Both the position numbers and the translations under genes were made by a program. Positions 1 through 8,983 of a DNA stretch of 64,000 nucleotides are shown one piece after another (position 1 is the first letter of the stretch; each line of letters begins with the position of its first letter). The notes under the pieces were generated by a model, which was not told the DNA's origin, searched no databases, and saw nothing but the letters and a program-made list of their open reading frames with translations. The stretch is taken from positions 32,001 to 96,000 of IMG/VR virus record IMGVR_UViG_3300010316_000005; one strand, 5' to 3'. Source of the DNA: a virus.

Positions 1-2
1 CG

Positions 3-1592
3 TTTTCAGTAAGAATATTCAAGGACAATGAGACTAGATTGTTGTTTGATGTTAACTTAACAACTGACATTAGTCAAGGTAGAAACATCGGTATAGCACT
101 ATTTAAGAACGACTTCTTTAGAGAGAATATGGTAATTGCAACTAACGATGAAGTTGCGATGCCAGAATCAACTAAGACATTTAATTTAGCAGTGATCGGC
201 GAAATTGATTCAGCGATAGAATGGATTACGCCGACAGACCTAGGATCGATCAAAGCCAACTTGCCTAGTATTTTTAGAGTACAAGCCAGCACAACTGTTC
301 CTAACAACACTATGACATACGAACTAGTAAGTGGGACACTGCCTAACGGCATGTATCTAAGTCCAACTGGAGAAATTATTGGCACTGCTAATCAATATGA
401 AACTGAGATTCTGAAGGGTCTTACTTCGTTTGATAATAATGTCATAGCCTGGGACGGTAGTAATCCCGGCGACACAACATTTGATAGAGTGTTTACATTT
501 TCGATTAAGGCAGTCGATAACGTGGGCATTGCTGAAATTATCAAAGAGTTTACAATAACTGTACTCGACGATGATCCGAAACTGTATACTGATCTTTATT
601 TAAAGCCGATGCTCAAGCCTGCGCAACGAGAACTATACAGACTATTTATTAGTGATACAACTATCTTTACGCCTTCAAAAATATATAGAGCAGTTGATCC
701 AAAGTTTGGAATACAAACTCAAATTCAAATGTTAGCATATGCAGGCATTGAAGCTAAGAAGATTGAAGAATTTGTAGCTGCTACTGCTAAAAATCACAAA
801 CGAAGAAGATATCAGATCGGTGACTTTAGAAAAGCAGAAGCAAAGATTCCGGGGACTAATGAAGTTGTCTACGAAGTAGTATACGCTGAAATAATTGATC
901 CTGCAAACCCTAAAAAGGGCAAGTCGAAAAAGACATTCAAGATAGATACACAGAATAAAATTACAGCAGACAGTATGCAATATCCTCCAAAGGATGACGT
1001 TGTTAAACTGGGCCTAGGACTAGACAGGATCGCAGTCGGCAACGGAACAACTGTAGACTTTGTATACGTGGAGCAAGGTGGCATTATTGTGCGCAGCAGA
1101 GATGGGTCAGGACTAGGCGTAAGTGTTGAAAATGACTTTGAAATTGAAATAAGAGACGGAGGCACTGTTAGCATTGTAGTAGAAGTTACAGACAGCGAGC
1201 CTTATAGAATGAGACCTTTGCCAGCAGAAAATACAATCAAAGCTGACTCAAACGCAATTAAAGTTTCCGACAGTAAGGACCAAGCACGCTACTTGTCAAA
1301 CACTCAAAATATGAGAAGTAGTATCAAAGCTGTCGGTGCCAATGAGCGAGAGTACTTGCCATTGTGGATGCGTACCCCGCAAGAAAATTTACAAGAGCTA
1401 GGCTACGCAACAGCAATACCAATATGCTATTGCAAACCTGGGCAAGCAGACGACATACTATTAAACATTAAAAATAGCAACTTTGATTTAAAAGCTATTG
1501 ACTTTGAAGTAGATCGATATATCATTGAAAGAACTGAAGGTGTTAACATACCGCAATACATTTTGTTCGCAAATTATCAGTTTAATGTTTAA
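3..1592 (+). CDS. Large virion structural protein, C-terminal part (5'-truncated by window; baseplate/Ig-like)
   Basis: Frame open from window start; putative Ig-like segment YELVSGTLPNGMYLSPTGEIIG; beta-rich. Confidence 0.6.
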   Translation, partial: FSVRIFKDNETRLLFDVNLTTDISQGRNIGIALFKNDFFRENMVIATNDEVAMPESTKTFNLAVIGEIDSAIEWITPTDLGSIKANLPSIFRVQASTTVPNNTMTYELVSGTLPNGMYLSPTGEIIGTANQYETEILKGLTSFDNNVIAWDGSNPGDTTFDRVFTFSIKAVDNVGIAEIIKEFTITVLDDDPKLYTDLYLKPMLKPAQRELYRLFISDTTIFTPSKIYRAVDPKFGIQTQIQMLAYAGIEAKKIEEFVAATAKNHKRRRYQIGDFRKAEAKIPGTNEVVYEVVYAEIIDPANPKKGKSKKTFKIDTQNKITADSMQYPPKDDVVKLGLGLDRIAVGNGTTVDFVYVEQGGIIVRSRDGSGLGVSVENDFEIEIRDGGTVSIVVEVTDSEPYRMRPLPAENTIKADSNAIKVSDSKDQARYLSNTQNMRSSIKAVGANEREYLPLWMRTPQENLQELGYATAIPICYCKPGQADDILLNIKNSNFDLKAIDFEVDRYIIERTEGVNIPQYILFANYQFNV

Positions 1593-1597
1593 TAACG

Positions 1598-1604
1598 ATA
1601 AATA
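1598..1604 (+). promoter_or_regulatory. Late promoter motif ATAAATA (T4 late TATAAATA-like)
   Basis: Same motif recurs before genes at 12116, 14966, 19152, 24859, 27713, 44457, 49292 (+) and 4955, 12064, 35578, 42680 (-). Confidence 0.7.
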
Positions 1605-1622
1605 TGTAAAAGAGGAATTGAA

Positions 1623-2204
1623 ATGGCTAGCAACATCATTAGCACTACAATAGACGGAGCGTTTCCGGTAGCCGGAGTGGACAACGACACTCAAGGATTT
1701 AGAGATAATTTTACTATTATCAAAGATGGCCTTGCGAACGCTAAGATAGAAATCGAAACACTACAAGATAGCACTGCTAAGAAAGATGAAGACAACAATT
1801 TTGACGGCAGTCAGATATCTGGAGCGGAGTTTGTAAATAATACGCACGCGGCTGTTACTCCAACTAACCCTATTGAGCTATCATATGCGTCGGGTAGTTA
1901 CTTTGAGATTAGCATTGCTAGAGATTCAGGCGATCGTGCCGACGCTGATATCGGATTAGTTGATTGGCCAGATACGGGATACGCTATTATACGTGCATCA
2001 ATTCGCACAGACGGCGACGAATCTGACATTGTTGTTAATTGGACATCAAGTGTCGGAGGCGGTTCGACTATCTACCTTGACGATAGTTGGCCTAGTCCTG
2101 ATTTTCAAGCAACTGCTGATCGTAAGGTGGTTGAGTTTTGGACTTTTAACGGTGGCACCACTGTGTACGGAAGGTATATAGGAGTATTCACAGAAAGTGT
2201 TTAA
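1623..2204 (+). CDS. Probable virion structural protein
   Basis: Late motif and GAGGA RBS upstream; follows structural gene; beta-rich C-terminus. Confidence 0.5.
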   Translation: MASNIISTTIDGAFPVAGVDNDTQGFRDNFTIIKDGLANAKIEIETLQDSTAKKDEDNNFDGSQISGAEFVNNTHAAVTPTNPIELSYASGSYFEISIARDSGDRADADIGLVDWPDTGYAIIRASIRTDGDESDIVVNWTSSVGGGSTIYLDDSWPSPDFQATADRKVVEFWTFNGGTTVYGRYIGVFTESV

Positions 2205-2442
2205 TCCTTTGCTTCCCAGTCTAAGCGACTTGACTATTAGTCAGCTTGAAGATCGTGTTGTAGATTTGCAACGTAAGTATTTTCAAACAAGCAATCCTAA
2301 TCTGAAGCAGCAAATTGTAGTCAATCTTAACACGTTCAAAGAAGAAATCAGCTATCGTCGCGGCCTCGAGCGCCAGCGCCAGCAAGAAGAAATGAATAAA
2401 GATGGCGATAATGGACTTGACAATTTAATCAATATCAGTTAA
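2197..2442 (+). CDS. Hypothetical coiled-coil protein
   Basis: ORF coupled to previous gene. Confidence 0.6.
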   Translation: MFNPLLPSLSDLTISQLEDRVVDLQRKYFQTSNPNLKQQIVVNLNTFKEEISYRRGLERQRQQEEMNKDGDNGLDNLINIS

Positions 2443-2445
2443 ACT
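2417..2445 (+). promoter_or_regulatory. Sigma70-type promoter
   Basis: TTGACA-17-TAAACT just upstream of ORF 2452. Confidence 0.55.
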
Positions 2446-2451
2446 AAACAT

Positions 2452-2982
2452 ATGTTATTGAAAACTGATGACCTAGGCATTCCTAGATTTACTTCTCGCA
2501 ATCTTATTGATATGATATACAGCGGACACGCTAGTAAGTGTCACGTTGTTCTGTGTGATGCAGATGACGAGATTGAAAAATTTAATGCAGCGATGGCAGA
2601 CCAAGGATTGCCATTGCTAACAAAATATGTTCCTATCGACGTTGAACAAAAAGACTTTGACAACGTATGTCAAAGTGAATGGTTTATGCCAGACAAATAT
2701 AAAAAATCTGACGAAGTTCTGTTTCATGACTTACTTGGAATGTCTAGTGACACCGACGAAGCAGATAGAATTTTGGAAGAATTTGATGCCTATGATGATA
2801 GAGGTATGCTTGACTTATTGAAATATCTAATATACCTTGTAGACTTTATGCGTGAAAATAATATCGTATGGGGAGTCGGACGTGGATCTAGTGTAGCTAG
2901 TTTTATATTATACAAGATAGGCATTCATAAAATCAATAGCTTAAAATACGGTTTAGACTGGCGAGAATTCCTGCGAGACTAA
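2452..2982 (+). CDS. Stand-alone DNA polymerase III alpha (DnaE) palm-like fragment
   Basis: WGVGRGSSVASFILYKIGIHKIN matches the DnaE GxGRGS motif; only 176 aa. Confidence 0.7.
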   Translation: MLLKTDDLGIPRFTSRNLIDMIYSGHASKCHVVLCDADDEIEKFNAAMADQGLPLLTKYVPIDVEQKDFDNVCQSEWFMPDKYKKSDEVLFHDLLGMSSDTDEADRILEEFDAYDDRGMLDLLKYLIYLVDFMRENNIVWGVGRGSSVASFILYKIGIHKINSLKYGLDWREFLRD

Positions 2983-3009
2983 ATATACGTATATTATAAG
3001 GAGACAGAT

Positions 3010-3354
3010 ATGTCAAAAGTAGCTAAAGGTAGAAAGCAGTATACTTCAATGAGAGGTAAACCTGTCGACATCGATCTTCTTCGCAAGAAGAATGAACTAA
3101 CTCCAGCAGTAGGCAACTCGCGCGTTAACGCAAGAGGCGACGAACTAGGAGCAGGCGGCAAGATTGTACGCAAAAGAGAAGAAATTGTAAAAGAGTTTTA
3201 CAACAAGAGCCCATCGGTTCCTGACGAACGCACAGCAAAGAAGCCTGACCCAATCATCGTTAAGGAAGAGCTGTCTGCAGACGAAGCAGAATTGTTCGAC
3301 GACGACTGGGTAGAAGACAAAGACGGAAATTTTGTTAAAAAAGGTGAAAAATGA
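3010..3354 (+). CDS. Hypothetical phage protein
   Basis: AAGGAG RBS; CTAAATA upstream. Confidence 0.65.
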   Translation: MSKVAKGRKQYTSMRGKPVDIDLLRKKNELTPAVGNSRVNARGDELGAGGKIVRKREEIVKEFYNKSPSVPDERTAKKPDPIIVKEELSADEAELFDDDWVEDKDGNFVKKGEK

Positions 3355-3743
3355 AAACTATTAGCGGAACACTAGTACCAATTAAAGATAACGTAATCAT
3401 TACAGAGATGTACTTTGGTGAGCAAAAAACTACTAGCGGCCTTATTCTTAACGACGATAACGGCACAACTCGGGGAATCTATCCTCGCTGGGGCCGCGTT
3501 TATAAAAAAGGGCCAGCTAACACTGAGCCATACCAAGAAGGCGACTGGGTCCTTGTTGCTCACGGACGCTGGACTCGAAGTATAAAAGTCGACGAAGGCG
3601 AAGGTGAGGTTGAAATCCGAATGGCAGAACTTGACAGTATCCTCGGATGGAGCAACGAGAAACCATCTGGAGTACAGTTCGGCAAGGAATATACCAATGG
3701 ACAAGAAGCTACAATCGACCCTTCAAGTTTTATCAACGTCTGA
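3351..3743 (+). CDS. groES: Co-chaperonin GroES-like protein
   Basis: LVPIKDNVII...KTTSGLIL...GDWVL pattern of Cpn10. Confidence 0.75.
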   Translation: MKTISGTLVPIKDNVIITEMYFGEQKTTSGLILNDDNGTTRGIYPRWGRVYKKGPANTEPYQEGDWVLVAHGRWTRSIKVDEGEGEVEIRMAELDSILGWSNEKPSGVQFGKEYTNGQEATIDPSSFINV

Positions 3744-3873
3744 ACTAACTAAAACACTGTCTAGACTAGACACTGCATATCATGTTGATACAGACATGTG
3801 CTCTCGAATGAGCATGTTACTGTTGATAGATGAAATAAAAATAGAACTTAACAATAGAGGTAATAATGACTAA
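3697..3873 (+). CDS. Small hypothetical protein (MDKKLQSTLQ...), overlapping groES 3' end
   Basis: AAGGA RBS before ATG 3697; fills gap to 3866. Confidence 0.4.
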   Translation: MDKKLQSTLQVLSTSELTKTLSRLDTAYHVDTDMCSRMSMLLLIDEIKIELNNRGNND

Positions 3874-4234
3874 TATATTTAAAGATTCAAAGGACTTCAT
3901 GGTGGCCATTGATCAGCACGAACCTAACCAAGCACAATTTGACTTGTATGTTAAACTAATCGACGAAGAACATAGCGAACTACATGACGCAATTGAAGCA
4001 GATGATCGGGTGGAGCAGCTCGACGCTCTTGTTGACATCTTAGTTGTAACTGCCGGAGCAATCAACTCAATGGGTGCAGATGGCGAAGGCGCGTGGAACG
4101 AAGTGATGCGCACTAACTTTGCTAAGGTCGATCCAGAAACAGGCAAGGTTCGCAGACGCGAGGACGGAAAAGTTTTGAAAGGGCCTAATTGGGTTCCGCC
4201 TAATTTAGAGCCTTTCTTGTCTAAATTAAAGTAA
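3866..4234 (+). CDS. MazG-like / PRA-PH-type NTP pyrophosphohydrolase
   Basis: LIDEEHSEL...EQLDALVDIL...EVMRTNFAK...REDGKVLK. Confidence 0.8.
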   Translation: MTNIFKDSKDFMVAIDQHEPNQAQFDLYVKLIDEEHSELHDAIEADDRVEQLDALVDILVVTAGAINSMGADGEGAWNEVMRTNFAKVDPETGKVRRREDGKVLKGPNWVPPNLEPFLSKLK

Positions 4235-4886
4235 ATCTGTTTTTATACAATTTGTTAGGATTATACCTAACAGCCCAAAATAGTCCGCTGCGGTTTATCC
4301 CTAGCGGACTTATTTTTTCTTCAAAATTATGTCTATTGAACATTGTCCGTTCTCCAGTGTGCATGTCTAGTAGTACATAATCTTTAACAGGAATTGGTCG
4401 AATTTCGTTTCGACGCTTAACTCCTTCTGAAATCTTTTTAGAAACTTTTTTAGAGGTAGTATTACCGTAATTCCAGTGGCTTTTTCCAGTCATGCGATCT
4501 ATGTGTTGAGCCACTCTTTCTTTGTCATCTTTCCAGCCGTGTCCTTTCTTTGCTTTAGAAATGTTTGCCTTTGTTTCTTTTGACATTACCCAGCCAGCAT
4601 TGCCATCGCCGCCGTCTGTTTTATTATGTAATATGCCAGTACCGTTGTCTATGCGCCCATGCCATCTTATTAGGCGCCGTTCTAATGCTAACGCGCCTAC
4701 ATCTGTTAGATTAGATTCTAAGATGAAAATATTCGAAAAGTCTTTTTTTGGAAATATAGTTCTGTCTGATCTAGCCCATGCTCGTTTACCACATCCTTTA
4801 CCTATGTAATAAGGTGTTCCGTTATCTCTTATGTAAGCATAGACGTAAAAATCTTTAGGCAAGTTGTTTTTAGAGTAAATATTCAT
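4221..4886 (-). mobile_element. Free-standing GIY-YIG homing endonuclease with NUMOD3-like motifs
   Basis: YVYAY...PYYIGKG...R...LERRLI...LHNKTDGGDG; MSKETKANISKAKKG; antisense insertion. Confidence 0.85.
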
Positions 4887-4913
4887 GCTGATAGTTCCTT
4901 TTAAAATTCAACT

Positions 4914-4962
4914 GTTAGAGTAGTCAGGTACGCCAATACCGTGGACTACACTTATATTTATA
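4914..4962 (-). promoter_or_regulatory. Late promoter TATAAATA followed by structured 5' leader hairpin
   Basis: TATAAATA at 4962-4955; GTAGTC-CAC-GGTA-ttggcg-TACC-T-GACTAC at 4949-4920. Confidence 0.7.
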
Positions 4963-4980
4963 CAAAAGATATAAAAGAAC

Positions 4981-5043
4981 AGGGAAGATGTTCTTAAACC
5001 CGCAGACTGGAAAGCACCTGAACTAGCACCTTTCCTAAAATAA
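4981..5043 (+). pseudogene. Orphaned duplicate 3' end of MazG-like gene
   Basis: Translates REDVLKPADWKAPELAPFLK*, versus current C-terminus REDGKVLKGPNWVPPNLEPFLSKLK*. Confidence 0.8.
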
Positions 5044-5046
5044 CCG

Positions 5047-5075
5047 TTGACTCCTTGTAATTTTTATGCTATAGT
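5047..5075 (+). promoter_or_regulatory. Sigma70-type promoter, extended -10
   Basis: TTGACT-17-TATAGT with TG. Confidence 0.7.
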
Positions 5076-5099
5076 GTAATGAATTACAAGGAGACTTTT

Positions 5100-5636
5100 A
5101 TGGCCACACACGGCACAATCGACTTAGAGACGCTAGACGTTATTCCGACAGCAACCATACTCAGCTTAGGTGCTGTTAAATTTGATCCGTTCTCTAACGC
5201 AGAACCACATTCAGAATTATATCTTAAAATTTCAATCGACGAACAAGACGCTCTTGGTTGTACTGTCGCCGACAGTACAATCGAATGGTGGGGCAAACAA
5301 GATCCTGAAATTATGGAAGAAGCGTTTGACCAGAACGGCGCAGTGTCAGTTGAAGAAGCACTGCGTCAAGTTAGCAAATGGGCAGTGGGAGTAGATGAAT
5401 TTTGGGGACAGGGGTACGGCTTTGACTTCACAATTCTCGAAGATATGTATCGCAAAGTAGGGAAGCCTATTCCATGGCAGTTTTGGCAAGTAATGGACAG
5501 TCGTACTATTACAACGCGTATGCCACGTGATCCACGCAAAGATATGCAGACCAGCTTGCACAATGCACTTGCTGACGCATACTTTCAGGCAAAGTCAATT
5601 CAAATTATTTTTAAACATAACGGGTGGACTAAATGA
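5100..5636 (+). CDS. DEDDh 3'-5' exo(ribo)nuclease, Rv2179c-like
   Basis: IDLETL...FDFTIL...HNALADA; AGGAG RBS favours ATG 5100. Confidence 0.8.
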   Translation: MATHGTIDLETLDVIPTATILSLGAVKFDPFSNAEPHSELYLKISIDEQDALGCTVADSTIEWWGKQDPEIMEEAFDQNGAVSVEEALRQVSKWAVGVDEFWGQGYGFDFTILEDMYRKVGKPIPWQFWQVMDSRTITTRMPRDPRKDMQTSLHNALADAYFQAKSIQIIFKHNGWTK

Positions 5637-5821
5637 ATCCTGTCAGCAGAACATTAAGCGATGAAGAACAAAAATTAATCGACGACTATATCAAAAAAGG
5701 CGGCAACGTTACACAGTGTGACAAGTATGCAGTATCTGAAGAGATTGAATATACTGGTGGGTTCTACCAAAAGCGTAAGCGTAAAAAAGAGGCAGAGGCC
5801 AAAGATGACGACAAAGGTTGA
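5633..5821 (+). CDS. Small hypothetical protein
   Basis: ATGA-type coupling; LIDDYIKKGGNVTQC. Confidence 0.55.
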   Translation: MNPVSRTLSDEEQKLIDDYIKKGGNVTQCDKYAVSEEIEYTGGFYQKRKRKKEAEAKDDDKG

Positions 5822-5987
5822 TCTAACTGATTTCAATTTAACTCCTGATGATGCAGTCAATGCTCTTTTATGGATAATTGAAAATCAAGGACCACTGGGC
5901 AAGAAGAGAAAGTTTAGCGATCTAAAAATTGTTGAGTTCGAGGATGGCCGCGAAGCAACACATTTCATACTTAGATGGAGTAAGTAA
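5805..5987 (+). CDS. Small hypothetical protein
   Basis: Internal ATG 5805 of the tracked ORF, GAGG upstream. Confidence 0.45.
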   Translation: MTTKVDLTDFNLTPDDAVNALLWIIENQGPLGKKRKFSDLKIVEFEDGREATHFILRWSK

Positions 5988-5988
5988 G

Positions 5989-6201
5989 ATGGTAAAATGG
6001 TGGGACTGGATTATTGCCTTTGTTTGGGCAGGTATAATGATGGCACTCTTAGCCAAAGGGGTTACTGCTCCTACTTGGTGGGAACCACTCTTCTACGGTT
6101 TTGTTACTGGAATGGTTTACAGATTTTGGCGTGACTACTATTGCATTTATCGACTGGCATGGGAGATTGTAAAAAATGACAAACATATTCGAAGAATGTA
6201 A
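5989..6201 (+). CDS. Small Trp-rich 2-TM membrane protein
   Basis: Two hydrophobic stretches; GGAG RBS. Confidence 0.55.
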   Translation: MVKWWDWIIAFVWAGIMMALLAKGVTAPTWWEPLFYGFVTGMVYRFWRDYYCIYRLAWEIVKNDKHIRRM

Positions 6202-6385
6202 GTGTCCAACTGAATACAGCATTGAGCCGCACGGAGATGGCTTTGCGCTCTATCTCGGGCGTTGTGGCCATCGACACGGGTACAATTTAATTAATATGAA
6301 AGAGCCGGCGTGGAATTTTGATGCCGAGCATCTCTCACGTTTGCTAAATATCGGCGCAGAACATTATAAAGAGGAAAATGAATGA
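6176..6385 (+). CDS. Small hypothetical protein
   Basis: GGAG RBS; coupled to clamp loader. Confidence 0.55.
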   Translation: MTNIFEECKCPTEYSIEPHGDGFALYLGRCGHRHGYNLINMKEPAWNFDAEHLSRLLNIGAEHYKEENE

Positions 6386-7302
6386 AGAACTTATGGGTAG
6401 AATCATACCGTCCACACACACTAGACGGTTATGTATTTAAAGACGACTCTCAAAAAGATCAGATCAAAAGTTGGATTAAAGCAGGTACAATTCCGCATTT
6501 GCTACTAAGTGGCAGTGCAGGAATCGGCAAAACAACTATTGCTAAGATTCTGATCAATCAGCTTGATGTACAAGAGCATGATGTACTGTACGCCAACGGA
6601 TCAAAAGAGGGTAGAAAGATTGAATGGGTCGACAAGCTGATTATGTTCTGTCAGACTATGCCGTTTGGCGATTATAAGATTGTGCTCATTGACGAAGCTG
6701 ACTATATGAACTTGCACTCTGTACAGCCTGCGTTGCGCAACTTGATGGAAGAGTACAGCTCTAGCGTAAGGTTTATTCTAACGTGCAACTATCCAAACAA
6801 GCTCATGCCAGCTATTCATAGTAGATGTCAGCATATGCACTTTGAAAAGATTGACAAGACAGAGTTTACTGCTCGTGTTGCAGAAATTCTTATCACTGAA
6901 GGTGTTGAGTTTAAACTCGATGTCCTCGACAGCTACGTTAAAGCGTACTACCCAGACCTAAGAAAAGCAATCAATACTGTACAGCTAAACAGCCAAACTA
7001 ACACATTGGTTAGTGCAGCAGCAAGTGGGAACAGCGCAGACTATCATCTACAGATGGTTGATTTATTTAAAGCAGGCAAAGTCGCCGAAGCAAGAAAACT
7101 AATTTGTTCGCAAGTACAGCCGGAAGAGATTGACGAAATCTATCGTTGGTTATATACTAACATTGACTTGTTTGGCGACACTGAAGACCAACAAGATGAT
7201 GCTGTCCTAATTATTAAACAGGGCATTGTCGATCACGCACTAGTAGCTGATCCAGAGATCAACCTAAGTGCAACACTTATTCAGCTAGGAAGAATAAAAT
7301 GA
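6382..7302 (+). CDS. Clamp loader AAA+ subunit (gp44/RFC-like)
   Basis: LWVESYRP, Walker A GSAGIGKT, Walker B LIDEAD, SRC motif. Confidence 0.92.
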   Translation: MKNLWVESYRPHTLDGYVFKDDSQKDQIKSWIKAGTIPHLLLSGSAGIGKTTIAKILINQLDVQEHDVLYANGSKEGRKIEWVDKLIMFCQTMPFGDYKIVLIDEADYMNLHSVQPALRNLMEEYSSSVRFILTCNYPNKLMPAIHSRCQHMHFEKIDKTEFTARVAEILITEGVEFKLDVLDSYVKAYYPDLRKAINTVQLNSQTNTLVSAAASGNSADYHLQMVDLFKAGKVAEARKLICSQVQPEEIDEIYRWLYTNIDLFGDTEDQQDDAVLIIKQGIVDHALVADPEINLSATLIQLGRIK

Positions 7303-7559
7303 GCAGGCGGCAGCGACTACTAAAGCAACATATGGTTTCGGTATCTATGCAAGCGTTGTATATGGTATTGGCAATTGTAACTGCTGGTGTCGCTGCTTTT
7401 TCGATGTACGCAGGATCTGCTTTGATATTTATATTTTATGTCGCAGCGATGGTAGTCGGCGCTGGCGGCATAGTGTTTCAAATTTGGGGAAGTGTAATTC
7501 TCAAAGAACACGCACAGGACTACACTTTAAACAGTTTAAAAGGAGATTACGATGAGTAG
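7299..7559 (+). CDS. 2-TM membrane protein
   Basis: Two hydrophobic helices. Confidence 0.55.
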   Translation: MSRRQRLLKQHMVSVSMQALYMVLAIVTAGVAAFSMYAGSALIFIFYVAAMVVGAGGIVFQIWGSVILKEHAQDYTLNSLKGDYDE

Positions 7560-7830
7560 AGTTTGGAGGAGAGTTTTCAAGAAACTAGGAAAGGGCCTGT
7601 GGATTTTTAGTAAATTTTTTGCCGGTTGGGCAGCAGGATGCGCAGTAACAATTGGGGCACTTTACTTAGTTGGTGTTCGAAACCCGGACGCACTGTATAC
7701 TATCGGATCACTTACTCCGATTATTATTGGTTTCGTATACATCATTGTTAAAGAAATGTACACTGACGCAAGGGACGAAGTAGAGCGCGAAAATCGCCGG
7801 ATGATGAATAGCATTAGTGGAAAATATTAA
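7552..7830 (+). CDS. 2-TM membrane protein, paralog of 8187
   Basis: Shared RVW...LW N-terminus and EVEREN.RMM.SI C-terminus. Confidence 0.65.
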   Translation: MSRVWRRVFKKLGKGLWIFSKFFAGWAAGCAVTIGALYLVGVRNPDALYTIGSLTPIIIGFVYIIVKEMYTDARDEVERENRRMMNSISGKY

Positions 7831-8184
7831 ATGACCTACCTAGTAACTGACAACTGCATACGCTGTAAACACATGGACTGTGTAGCAGTATGTCCAGTAG
7901 ATTGCTTTTACGAAGGCGAAAATATGTTAGTCATTGACCCCGTTGAATGTATCGACTGCGGTGTGTGCGAACCCGAATGTCCTGTTAACGCTATTGTTCC
8001 TGACAATGAGTTAAAAGGCGATAACTTGGCTAAATGGCTGAAGATTAATACCGACTACGCAGCAGAATGGCCTAACATTACACAAGTACGAGAAGAGGAT
8101 CGACCTGCTGATAGAGAAGAGTGGGACGGCGTTCCGAACAAGTATGAAGATCACTTTTCAACAGAACCCGGACAGGGAGACTAA
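7831..8184 (+). CDS. fdxA: Ferredoxin, FdxA type (3Fe-4S/4Fe-4S)
   Basis: [30 protein letters not shown]...[12 protein letters not shown]. Confidence 0.93.
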   Translation: MTYLVTDNCIRCKHMDCVAVCPVDCFYEGENMLVIDPVECIDCGVCEPECPVNAIVPDNELKGDNLAKWLKINTDYAAEWPNITQVREEDRPADREEWDGVPNKYEDHFSTEPGQGD

Positions 8185-8186
8185 CG

Positions 8187-8495
8187 ATGAAACGAGTATG
8201 GATGAAGTTTTTACAGAAGGCCGGAGCAAGTTTATGGAAGACATTTTTACCTGTATTAGGAACGTTATTTGTAGTAGCAATATATCTTGGATTGGCGGTT
8301 GGGATTTCTTTTAGCTTACAGTTTGTTTTCCCCGGAGGACCAATTGGCTTTTTTCTATTAATTAGTTTGGCGCTACCTATGATAACCGGAATGGCAATAT
8401 ACAACGGGCGCAAGTTATATGCCGAGGCGAAAAAAGAAGTCGAGCGTGAAAATAAAAGAATGATGGCTAGTATAAAAGGCGATACTTATGATTAG
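8187..8495 (+). CDS. 2-TM membrane protein, paralog of 7552
   Basis: See 7552. Confidence 0.65.
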   Translation: MKRVWMKFLQKAGASLWKTFLPVLGTLFVVAIYLGLAVGISFSLQFVFPGGPIGFFLLISLALPMITGMAIYNGRKLYAEAKKEVERENKRMMASIKGDTYD

Positions 8496-8970
8496 AGCTA
8501 TACTCGCGTGTGACGATAATTGGGGGATCGGGAAGAACAATGATCTTCCTTGGCCGCACAATCCTGCTGACTTAAAATGGTTTAAAGAATCAACTGATGG
8601 CGGAGTTGTGGTTATGGGCAGGAACACTTGGGATAGCTTGCCTAAGCAGCCGTTGCCCAACAGACGCAATGTTATATTGTCATCGTCGATAGGCAAAATA
8701 CGATCACCATTTATAGAAGTTATTAAACCCGACATCTTTGGCTCTAGAATAAATGTACTCGAGCAGGAAGATGCACCAGTTTGGTTTATTGGCGGAGCAC
8801 ATCTTATTAATAGTTATCTTAGAATCATAGATGAAATCTGGCTCAGTCGAATTGCTGGCAACTATAACTGTGATGTTTTTCTGCCCCGTACGGCAATTGA
8901 GCTTGCCTACGAGTTACAGAGTAGCGAAAGCAATAACGGAGTTCATATAGAAAAATGGGTAAAAGTATAA
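8488..8970 (+). CDS. folA: Dihydrofolate reductase
   Basis: GIGKNNDLPW...DLKWFK...VVMGRNTWDSLP...LPNRRN...IGGA. Confidence 0.93.
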   Translation: MIRAILACDDNWGIGKNNDLPWPHNPADLKWFKESTDGGVVVMGRNTWDSLPKQPLPNRRNVILSSSIGKIRSPFIEVIKPDIFGSRINVLEQEDAPVWFIGGAHLINSYLRIIDEIWLSRIAGNYNCDVFLPRTAIELAYELQSSESNNGVHIEKWVKV

Positions 8971-8983
8971 AAAAAGGAATAAA

